Shown: in pieces, positions 39,458 through 50,332 of the stretch
How positions within the stretch are numbered: the stretch's first letter is position 1
How the letters are laid out: the number at the start of each line of letters is the position of its first letter
Assembly (NCBI GenBank): GCA_051313645.2
Contig: JBNRSN020000018.1
Location: forward strand, 80,104,001 to 80,168,000
Reading direction: 5' to 3'
Source of the DNA: Centroscyllium fabricii
Taxonomy: Eukaryota
Length of the DNA stretch: 64,000 bases
The notes under the pieces: model-generated
Databases searched by the model: none
Told to the model about the DNA's origin: nothing
What the model saw: the letters and a program-made list of their open reading frames with translations, nothing else
Translations under genes and position numbers: made by a program

Positions 39458-40108
39458 GGGAATGGTAGCATAGTGGTAACATTACTCGACTAGTAATCCA
39501 GAGGCCCGTACTAATGATATAAAGACGTGAGTTCAAATCCCACCACGACAGCTGGGGAATTTAAATTCAGTTAATTAAATGAAAAACTGGAATAAAAAGC
39601 TAGAATCAGTAATGGTATCTGTGATAAAATATATATGTTCATCAGACTGTGCTTTTCACCTGGACTTACCTGCACTGGGAATGTATGGAATGTATGTACC
39701 GCCCACCTTTGTCTATTGTATATGTTGGGCTCCGCCCTTGTCTTTTGTTAGAAAAAGGACTCCAGAATGGCTTAAGCCATTCGACATGGAGAACTCAGTG
39801 TGGGATCATGCACCACAGTTCTTAGTTATTAAAAGCCTACCTTTAAGTCCTTAAACCTCTCGCTTGGATTATTGATGGCCTATCAGTATCCATGAAACAA
39901 ACTATCAGATTGTTGTAAAAAAAACATCTGGTTCACTAATGCTTTTTAGGTCTGGTCTGGCCTATATGTGACTCCAGACCCACAGCAATGTGGTTGACTC
40001 TTAACCGACAGGACAGACCTACTAGGGGGCGTGGCACAGTGGTATACAATCGGGAAGGAGTGGCCCTGGGAATCGTTAACATTGACTCAGGACCCCATGA
40101 AGTCTCAT
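39458..40108 (+). mobile_element. tRNA-headed copy of the same LINE family (head, 5' UTR, internally deleted endonuclease piece)
   Basis: A box TAGCATAGTGG 39466-39476; B box AGTTCAAATCC 39530-39540; 39963-40005 matches 35942-35984; 40006-40108 encodes RQDRPTRGRGTVVY..GVALGI.NIDSGPHEVS. Confidence 0.8.
39620..39885 (+). mobile_element. Solo LTR, probably related to the Mag-like family at 40246
   Basis: TG...CA ends; perfect 5-bp TSD GTATC; ATTAAAAGCCTA and terminal ATTATTGATGGCCTATCA resemble the R/U5 of the 40246 LTR. Confidence 0.82.
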
Positions 40109-41487
40109 CGGCCCATTACCGCAGAGATGGGACGAGGTCTTGCCTTAATGGGTGTCCAGACCAGCCCCTCCAGAAGCACAGGGTACTCCCCACACGAGCT
40201 TATGACCGGGAGGATTATGCTCACCCCAACCCATGTGTTGGCGCCTGTGGTAACCGTTATTACCACTAATAGTGAAGCACAATATAAACCAGCATGTATA
40301 GCGGCTGGGTGCACTGTACATAGTTTTTGTATTACGACACTGTCGCAGGGTCAGGTCAGCCACACCTCTAACTCCTCCCCTCAGGTGAGTGCCTTATAGG
40401 TGGGGTCTGACCTGCCCCCATTCATTCTGTACCTGATGTTCGACCGGAGCGTAGCTCCTTTGTAAAGCTAATAAAAGCCTATAGTTAAGGTAACTTCGCG
40501 TCTTTATATTATTGACGATACTTCAATTTTATTAGCTTCAAAATTTAAAATGGAGAGCGGCGCTGTGAAACCCGAAAAGCTGGACGTCAGTCCACAGGAC
40601 CCAGCCGCCGCCAATACATTTGAACACTGGTTCAGTCTCGTCGAGGCCTATATGGAGGCCACCAAGGCGACAACCGACGGGAACAAACTTCACGTTCTCA
40701 CATCGAGGATCTCCAGCCGGGTATACTCCTTCATCTGTGACGCTAAGACGTACACAGAAGCCGTGGAGAAACTGAAGGCATGCTACGTGCGCCCGGTCCA
40801 CTCGGTCTACGCCAGACACGTGCTGGCGACCAGACAACAACTAGTTGGTGAGTCCAACGAACAGTACCTGTTGGCGCTCCAAGCACTGGTCCGGGCCTGT
40901 GACTGCCAGACACGGACGGCACAGGAGGAGGCGAATCTCCTCGTCCGGGACGCCTATGTAACGGGGATCACGTCCACCCAGGCCCGCCAGCGGCTGCTGG
41001 AGAAAGAGACACTAACGCTGGAAGAGGCGATCTCCCTCTCCAACGCTGTGGATGGCGCACGCCGCAGATTAGAGGCGTACAGCGGCCAAAGCCCACAGGC
41101 CACCTTCGACTCCTGGGCGGCCCCACGATGGGTCAAGACCCCCACAACGGCAGCGTCAGCTGCGAAGACGTCGGAGGGTAAAAGGTGTTATTTCTGCGGC
41201 CAGGGACTACACCCGCAAGCGAAATGCCCCGCGACGACCGCGACCTGCGAGAAGTGTAAGAAAAAGGGACACTACGCCAGGGCCTGCAAATCGGCCCCGG
41301 CGCCCAGCTACAGACACAACAGCGCGGCCTGCGTGAACTACAACGCCGGCCCTTGGCCTCAGGTAAGCTGCAGTTGCAGCGCGACCCAGCGACAGTCCGG
41401 GGGTAGGGTACAAGCGCCCCCGTCCCCCACCCTGATACGGCAGAGGCCGGCCGCGCTCACGGCATACCAAACTCGGCCACGGCCGGC

Positions 41488-41791
41488 CATGTGCGACCCC
41501 CCAATGCCAGCATCTCGCCCAGCGCGGTGCGCGGCGTGCGAATCACGGGCGCCGCCAACCCAGCCACCGCGGCCAGCTGCGTGCGAACCACGGGCACCGC
41601 CACCGCGTCCACAGTGGCCCACCGCATGCGAATCACGGGCGCCGCCATCTTGTCCGCAGCGGCCAGCCATGTGCGACCCCCCGGCGCCCCCATTTTGTCT
41701 TCAGCGGACAGCCATGTGCGACTCCCCGGCGCCGCCATCTTGTCCACAGCGGTCGGCCATGTGCGAATCACGGGCGCCGCCATCTTATCTT
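41488..41791 (+). repeat. GC-rich tandem repeats (42-45 bp units) in the gag-protease linker; counterpart at 47620-47965 in element B
   Basis: Repeated C(E/D)xxAPPxCPQRPA(M/A) peptide; GCCGCCATCTT-like unit every 45 bp. Confidence 0.85.
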
Positions 41792-44382
41792 GTGCACGGC
41801 CCCAGCTAGCGGAGGGCTCCCACACAAGCACACACACTTCGGCCTCAGCCACGGTCGACCAGGCTAGGCCGCACACCCTATCAAATTCCATGATGGGGAT
41901 TAAAGTCAACGGCCATGCCACTAACTGCCTGTTCGACACCGGAAGCACAGAGAGCTTCATCCACCCCGACACAGTGCGGCGCTACGGACTGCAGACCCTG
42001 CCCACGCGCTACCAAATCTCCCTTGCGTCACAGTCCCACACGGCGGACGTCACCGGCTACTGCTCCGTCACGCTCACAGTCAGGGACTGCGTGTACCGTA
42101 ATTTTAAATTGTACATACTCCAGCAGTTGTGCGCCCCAGTCTTACTGGGACTGGATTTCCAGTGCCACCTGAAGAGCGTGACAATGGAGTTCGGCGGGAC
42201 CCTGGCCCCCCTCACCGTCAGTAGCCGGGACAATCCCTTCCTAAAGCGGAGCCCGACTTGCGGCCTTTCCACCCTGAAAGTCGACCCCCCCTCTCTGTTC
42301 ACCAACCTTGACCCAAACTGCAAACCAATTGCTACTAAGAGTCGGCGTTACAGTGCAGGGGATCGGACATTTATCAGGTCAGAGGTCGGGCGTATGCTGC
42401 AGGAGGGGATAATTGAATCCAGCACCAGCCCCTGGCGGGCCCAGGTCATAGTGGTTAAGACTGGCGAGAAACTGCGGATGGTGATCGACTACAGCCAGAC
42501 CATTAACCGCTACACCGGGCTTGACGCCTACCCCCTTCCCCGCATCTCGGAAATGGTTAACCAGATCGGCCAATACAAGGTGTTCTCCACAATCGACCTT
42601 AAGTCGGCGTATCACCAACTCCCGATCCGGAAAGCCGACCGCCCATACACCGCCTTCGAGGCAAGCGGTCGGCTCTACCACTTCCTCCGGGTCCCCTTCG
42701 GCGTGACCAACGGGGTGTTGGTATTCCAGAGGGAGATGGACCGCATGGTTGATCAGAACGGGTTGCAGGCCACTTTCCCCTACCTGGACAACGTGACCAT
42801 CTGCGGCCATGACCTGCAGGACCACGATGCCAATCTGGCCAAATTCCTCCACACGGCGAAACGGCTCGATCTCACGTACAATAAAGATAAGTGCGTCTTT
42901 AGTACAGATCGGCTCGCCATCCTCGGATACGTGGTGGAAAACGGGGTCCGCGGCCCCGACCCACAGCGTATGCGTCCCTTACAGGAACTGCCCCTACCTC
43001 ACAACCCCAAAGCCCTGAAGAGATGTCTGGGATTTTTCTCTTATTACGCGCAATGGGTTCCCCAGTTCGCGGATAAGGCCAGACTGCTCCTCAAGCCTGC
43101 CGTCTTCCCCCTCTCGGTAGAAGCCCACACGGCGTTCACCCGGATCAAGGAAGATATTATCAAGGCGACCATGCACGCCATTGATGAGTCCATCCCTTTC
43201 CAGGTGGAGAGTGACGCTTCGGACTTTGGCCTTGCCGCCACCCTGAATCAGGCAGGCAGGCCCGTAGCGTTTTTCGCCCGCACCCTACAGGGACCCGAAA
43301 CTCGCCACTCTGCAGTGGAAAAGGAGGCCCACGCCATCGTGGAGGCCGTGCGCTACTAGCGTCATTACCTGGCCGGTAAGCGTTTTACCCTGCTCACCGA
43401 CCAACGGTCGGTCGCGTTTTTGTTTAACAATAAACAAAAGGGTAAAATCAAGAATGATAAGATCCTGCGGTGGCGGATCGAGCTCTCGACTTACGAGTAC
43501 GACATTCTTTACCGACCAGGCAAACTCAATGAACCCCCGGACGCACTGTCCAGGGGAACGTGCGCCAGTGCCCAGCTAGACCGGCTGAAGGAACTCCACG
43601 ATCGCCTCTGCCACCCGGGTATCACCAGACTTGTCCATTTCGTTAAATCTCGTAGCCTCCCCTACTCCATCACGGAGATCAAGGCTATGACCCGAAAGTG
43701 CCCTGTTTGCGCCGAGTGCAAACCCCAATTTTACAGGCCAGACACGGCACACCTCATTAAGGCCACCCGCCCCTTTGAACGTCTAAGCGTGGACTTCAAA
43801 GGCCCCCTCCCCTCCACCGACCGCAACTTGTACTTCCTCACGGTCGTAGACGAGTTCTCCCACTTCCCCTTCGCCTTCCCCTGCCCAGATATGACGAGCG
43901 CAACGGTGATCAAACACTTCACCACGCTGTTCGCCATTTTCGGTCTCCCCAGCTACATCCAGAGCGACCGGGGGTCGTCGTTCATGAGCGACGAACTGCA
44001 TCAGTTTCTGCTTCAGAAAGGGGTTGCCTCAAGCAGAACGACCAGTTACAACCCCCGGGGGAACGGCCAGGTAGAAAGGGAGAACGGGATCATCTGGAAG
44101 GCGGTCAGCCTGGCCCTGAAGTCCAGAGGCCTTCCAGTGTCCCGTTGGCAGGCAGTCCTCCCAGACGCGCTGCACTCCATCCGCTCTCTGCTGTGTATGG
44201 CTACCAACGCCACACCCCACGAATTGCTCTTTTCCTTCCCCAGGAAGTCGACTTCGGGGACAGCACTCCCACCATGGCTCACGATGCTGGGGCCGGTCTT
44301 ACTTAGAAAGCATGTCCGCGGCCATAAGACCGACCCCCTGGTGGAGAAGGTGCAGCTGCTGCACGCCAACCCACAGTACGCA

Positions 44383-47300
44383 TGACGTATCGTCAATAGT
44401 CTAATAAAACTAAAGACGCGTAGTTACCTTAACTATAGGCTTTTATTAGCTTACAAAGGAGCTACGCTCCGATCGAACATCAGGTACAGAATGAATGGGG
44501 GCAGGTCAGTCCCCACCTATAAGGCACTCACCTGAGGGGAGGAGTTAGAGGTGTGGCTGACCTGACCCCGCGACAGTGTCGCAATATAAGGCAGTGTATT
44601 ATGCACCCGGCCGCTATACATGCAATACAATATTGGCAACAATATTGAGGTGGTAAAAGAGTACATATATAACGGTTACCATATTCACCCCTTCTTTGAA
44701 AATTAAGTCCGGCGGGGTGAATGGACAGAGCAGTTCATGATTAGTTTATCCGGCGGTCACGTCTGTCTGGAGGACCGCCGGGTCTCTGTCAGTGGTTCTG
44801 CTGCCTGCAGCATCGGCGGCGCTGGTGTCGGTGGTGGCGGCGGCGCTGGTGCCGGTACTCTAGGTGCTGGTGGTGGCGGTGGGGCCGAGCCCTGCGGTTG
44901 CTGCTGTGCCTGCGGCTGGTCGTTTGAGTCCTGGTCCTCAGCTGGCAATGGCGGGGGCTCCGATGTATATGGTAGTGGCGGCCAGCCTCCGGTGGGTTGT
45001 GGGTCATGTATCGGCCAGTGGTCGAGATGTAGTAGCTGGAGGTGGCCGAAATGTAGTGGCTGGACGGGCTGGGGCCCGACCAGGGGCTCTGCTGTGGTGC
45101 TCCCGGCGGGCGCTAGGTCCCTGATGGAGACGGTGTCCTCGCGCCCGTCCGGGAACTGTACGTACGCGTACTGCGGGTTGGCGTGCAGCAGCTGCACCTT
45201 GTCTACCAGGGGGTCGGTCTTATGGCCGCGAACATGCTTCCAAAGCAAGACCGGCCCCGGCATTGTGAGCCACAGTGGAAGGGCTGTCCCCGAAGTCAAC
45301 TTCCTGGGGAAGGAAAAGAGTAAATCGTAAGGTGTGGCGTTGGTGGCCGTACACAACAGAGAGCGGATCGAGTGCAGCGCATCAGGGAGGACTGCCTGCC
45401 AACGGGACACTGGAAGGCCTCTGGACTCCAGAGCCAGGCTGACCGCCTTCCAGATGATCCCGTTCTCCCTTTCTACCTGGCCGTTCCCCCGGGGGTTGTA
45501 ACTGGTCGTTCTGCTCGAGGCAACCCCTTTCTGGAGCAGAAACTGACGCAGTTCGTCGCTCATGAACGACGACCCCCGGTCGCTATGGATGTAGCTGGGG
45601 AGACCGAAAATGGCGAACAGCGTGGTGAAGTATTTGATCACCGTTGCGCTCGTCATATCTGGGCAGGGGAAGGCGAAGGGGAAGCGGGAGAACTCGTCTA
45701 CGACCGTGAGGAAGTACGAGTTGCGGTCAGTGGAGGGGAGGGGGCCTTTGAAGTCCACGCTTAGACGTTCAAAGGGGCGGGTGGCCTTAATGAGGTGCGC
45801 CGTGTCTGGCCTGAAAAATTGGTGTTTGCACTCGGCGCAAACAGGGCACTCTCGGGTCATAGCCTTGATCTCCGTGATGGAGTAGGGGAGGTTACGGGAT
45901 TTAACGAAGTGGGCAAGTCTGGTGACACCCGGGTGGCAGAGGCGATCGTGGAGTTCCTTCAGCCGGTCTAGCTGGGCACTGGCGCACGTTCCCCTGGACA
46001 GTGCGTCCGGGGGTTCATTGAGTTTGCCTGGTCGGTAAAGAATGTCGTACTCGTTAGTCGAGAGTTCGATCCGCCACCGCAGGATCTTATCATTCTTGAT
46101 TTTACCCTTTTGTTTATTATTAAACATAAACGCGACCGACCGTTGGTCGGTGAGCAGGGTAAAACGCTTACCAGCCAGGTAATGACGCCAGTAGCGCACG
46201 GCCTACACGATGGCCTGGGCCTCCTTTTCCACTGCAGAGTGGCGAATTTCAGGTCCCTGTAAGGTGCGGGAGAAAAACGCTACGGGCTTCTACCGAGAGG
46301 GGGAAGGTGGCAGCCTTAAGGAGCGGTCTGGCCTTATCCGCGAACTGGGGAACCCATTGCACGTAATAGGAGAAAAATCCCAGACATCTCTTCAGGGCTT
46401 TGGGGTTGTGAGGAAGGGGCAGTTCCTGTAAGGGGCACATACGCTGTGGGTTGGGGCCGAGGACCCCATTTTCCACCACGTATCCAAGGATGGCAAGCCG
46501 ATCTGTACTAAAGACGCACTTCTCCTTATTGTACGTGAGATCAAGCCGTTTCGCCGTGTGGAGAAATTTGGCCAGGTTGGCATCGTGGTCCTGCTGGTCA
46601 TGGCCGCAGATGGTCACGTTGTCCAGGTAGGGGAAAGTGGCCTGCAACCCGTTCTGGTCAACCATGCGGTCCATCTCCCTCTGGAATACCGACACTCCGT
46701 TGGTTACGCCGAAGGGGACCCGGAGGAAGTGGTAGAGCCGACCGTTCGCCTCGAAGGCGGTGTACGGGCGGTCGGCTTTCCGGATCGGGAGTTGGTGATA
46801 CGCCGACTTAAGGTCGATTGTGGAGAACACCTTGTACTGGGCGATCTGGTTAACCATTTCCGAGATGCGGGGGAGGGGGTAGGCGTCGAGCCCAGTGTAG
46901 CGGTTAATGGTCTGGCTGTAATCGATCACCATCCGCTGTTTCTCGCCAGTCTTAACCACTACGACCTGGGCCCGCCAAGGGCTGGTGCTGGCTTCAATTA
47001 TCCCCTCCTTCAGCATACGCCCGACCTCCGACCTGATAAATGTCCGATCCCCTGCACTGTACCGCCGACTCTTAGTAGCAATGGGCTTGCAGTTGGGGTC
47101 GAGGTTGGCGAACAGTGAGGGGGGGTCGACTTTCACGGTAGAGAGGCCGCAAGCCGGGCTCCGCTTTGGGAAGGGATTGTCCCGGCTACTGACGGTGAGG
47201 GGGGCCAGGGTCCCGCCGAACTCCATTGTCACGCTCTTAAGGTGGCACTGGAAATCCAGTCCCAGTAAGACTGGGGCGCACAACTGCTTGAGCAAGTACA

Positions 47301-49188
47301 ATTTAAAATTACGGTACACGCAGCCCTCAACTGTGAGCGTGACGGAGCAGTAGCCGGTGACGTCCGCGGTGTGGGACTGTGAAGCAAGGGAGACTTGGTA
47401 GCGCGTGGGCAGGATCTGCAGTCCGTAGCGCTGCGCTGTATCGGGGTGAATAAAGCTCTCTGTGCTTCCGGTGTCGAACAGGCAGTTAGTGGCATGGCTG
47501 TTGACTTTAATCCCCATCATGGAATTTGATAGGGTGTGCGGCCTAGCCTGATCGACTTTCAGGGTGGCTGAGGCCGAAGTGTGTGTGTGTGTGTGTGAGC
47601 CCTCCGCTGGCCGGGGCCGTACACAAGATGGCGGCGCCCGTGGTTCGCACATGGCCGGCAGCTGGGGACAAAATGGCGGCGCCGGAAAGTCGCACATGGC
47701 TGGCCGCTGAAGACAAGATGGCGGCGCCGGGGGGTCGCACATGGCTGGCCGCCGGACAAGACGGCGGCGCCCGTGATTCGCACGCGGCGGGCCGCTGTGG
47801 ACGCGGTGGTGGTGCCCGTGGTTCGCATGCAGCGGCCCGCGGTGGCTGGTTTGGCGGTGCCCGTGGTTCGCACGCAGCGGGCCGCGGTGGCTGGGTTGGC
47901 GGTGCCCTTGGTTCGCAAGCAGCGGGCCGCACTGGGCGAGATGCCGGCGTTGGGGGGTTGCGCATGGCCGGCCGTGGCTGAGTTCGGCGTCCCGTGGGCG
48001 CAGCCAGCCTCTGCCGCATCAGGGTGGGAGACGGGGGCGCTTGTACTCTACCCCCGGACCATCGCTGGATCGCGCTGCAGCTGCAGCTTACCTGAGGCCA
48101 AGGGCCGGTGTTGGAGCTTTCACAGGCCGCGCTGTTGTACCTGGAGCTGGGCGCCAGGGCCGATTTGCATGCCTTGGTGTAGTTTCCCTTTTTCGAACAC
48201 CTCTCGCAGGTCGCGGTCCTCGCGGGGCATCTCGCCCGTGGGTGTAGTCCCTGGCCGCAGAAGTAGCATTTCTTCTCTGCCGGTGTCTTCGCAGCCGCCG
48301 CTGCCATTGTGGGGGTCTCGACCCGTTGTGGGGCTGCCCAGGAGTCGAAGATAGCGTGTGGGTTTTGGCCGCCGTACGCCTGTAGCCTGCGGCGTGCGCC
48401 CTCCACAGCGTTGGAGATAGAGATCGCCTCATCCAGAGTTAAAGTATCTTTTTCCAGCAGCCGCTGGCGGGCCTCTGCGGACCTGAGTCCCGTTACATAG
48501 GCGTCCCGGACGAGGAGGTTCGCCTCCTCTTGTGCCGTCCATGGTTGGCAGTCACAGGCCCGGACCGGTAGTTGTGGACTGGTCGCGAGCACATGTCTGG
48601 CGTAGACTGAGTGGACCAGGCGCTCGTAGCATTTCCTCAGTTTCGCCATGGCTTCAGGGTATGTCGTAGTGTCACGGATGAAGGAGAAAACCCGGCTGGA
48701 GATCCTGGACCTGAGAACATGTAGCTTGTTCCCGTCGGTTGTAGCCTTGGCGGCGTCCATGTAGGCCTCGATGAGGCCGAACCAGTGTTCGAAGGTGTTG
48801 GTGGCGGCTGGGTCCTGTGGACTAATGTCCAGCTTTTCGGATTTCACAGCGCCGCTCTCCATTTCAAAATTTTTAAGCTAATAAAATTGACGTATCGTCA
48901 ATAGTCTAATAAAACTAAAGACGCGTAGTTACCTTAACTACAGGCTTTTATTAGCTTACAAAGGAGCTACGCTCCGATCGAACATCAGGTACAGAATGAA
49001 TGGGGGCAGGTCAGTCCCCACCTATAAGGCACTCACCTGAGGGGAGGAGTTAGAGGTGTAGCTGACCTGACCCCGCGACAGTGTCGCAATACAAGGCAGT
49101 GTATTATGCACCCGGCCGCTATACATGCAATACAATATTGGCAACAATATTGAGGTGGTAAAAGAGTACATATATAACGGTTACCACA
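44383..49188 (-). mobile_element. Gypsy LTR retrotransposon, Mag-like (element B), sister of A, inserted antisense into the integrase of A; defective
   Basis: 301-bp LTRs 44383-44683 and 48888-49188 (about 4 differences); perfect TSD ACGCA; 2-nt deletion near 47752, ~137-bp deletion at the RT/RNase H junction near 46285, gag deletion. Confidence 0.95.
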
Positions 49189-50332
49189 ACGCATACGTGC
49201 AGTTCCCGGATGGGCGCGAGGACACAGTTTCCATCAGGGACCTAGAGTCCCGCCGGGAGCACCACAGCAGAACCCCTGGTCGAGCCTCAGCCCAACCAGC
49301 CACTACCTACCGACCACTGGCCTACACACCAACCACAACCCACCGGATTTTGGCCTATGCACACACACACACCGGAGCCCCCGCCACTACCAGCCGAGGA
49401 CCAAGAACCGGACGCCGCACCGCAGGCACAGCAGCAGCCGGAGGGCCCGGCCCCACCGCCACTACCGGCACCAGCACCGACACTACCGGCACCAGCGCCG
49501 CCAACACTACGGGCACCAGCGCCACCGACACTACCGGCACCAGCGCCGCCGACACTGCAGGCACCAGCGCTGCTAACAGAGGCCCGGCGGTCCTCAAGAC
49601 AGACACGACCGCCGGAGAGACTTATTATGAACTGCTCTGTCCATTCACCCCGCCGGACTTAATTTTCAAAGAAGGGGTGAATGTGGTAACCGTTATTACC
49701 ACTGTAATAGTGAAGCACAATATAAACCAGCATGTATAGTGGCTGGGTGCACTGTACATAGTTTTTGTATTATGACACTGTCGCAGGGTCAGGTCAGCCA
49801 CACCTCTAACTCCTCCCCTCAGGTGAGTGCCTTATAGGTGGGGTCTGAGCTGCCCCCATTCATTCTGTACCTGATGTTCGATCAGAGCGTAGCTCCTTTG
49901 TAAAGCTTATAAAAGCCTATAGTTAAGGTAACTACGCGTCTTTATATTATTGACGATACGTCAGCGCTGGTCCTCACCGAAGCGCAAGTCAGGGAGGTAA
50001 ACAGAGACAGGTTTGTCCAGAATCTGTACGAGACTTTAAAACCGATTCACTGGCAGGCAACCAGAAACCTGGGGAGCCAGCACCAGAAAAATTGGCTGCT
50101 GTTAGAACCCCAGAGAACCCACGAGTGGGAGGTGGGAGACAAGGTAATGGTCGGCAATTACACCCGAGTAGGGGCGTTCAAGCCGCTGTACATGGGGTCT
50201 TATAATATTGTGGATAAAGCGAGCCCCATGGTATATGCAATAAAATGCATGAAATGGTTTCATGTAAACCAGTGCAAGTTGTTTAACCCCGAGGAGGAGA
50301 AAACAAAGGCCAAGTGGCACCAGGGCACAGTC

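Larger units (their letters stand above)
40246..49963 (+). mobile_element. Gypsy LTR retrotransposon, Mag-like (element A), defective
   Basis: LTRs 40246-40525 and 49682-49963 (about 8 substitutions and 1 indel); TSD GCGCC/GCGCT; PPT AAAGAAGGGGTGAA; gag with two Zn knuckles, FDTGS protease, RT YLDN, RNase H, HHCC/DDE integrase; 5-nt duplication at 41787, stop at 43357. Confidence 0.95.

Noticed and set aside
41488-41791. CRISPR-like array
   Set aside because: Degenerate coding tandem repeats with no unique spacers, in a eukaryotic retroelement.
41360-41809. Programmed frameshift or spliced gag-pol in elements A/B (overlapping frames, CAG|GTAAGC donor-like site)
   Set aside because: The frame changes are private lesions at different places (5-nt ATCTT duplication in A, 2-nt deletion in B). 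Repairing them gives one continuous ORF, as in element C.
44737-45330. Gly/Cys-rich and other long ORFs antisense to retroelement genes
   Set aside because: Shadow frames of GC-rich TE coding sequence with no independent motifs.
44383-49188. Element B as an assembly-generated inverted duplicate of A
   Set aside because: It has its own LTR variant, many substitutions, private deletions and a clean TSD.
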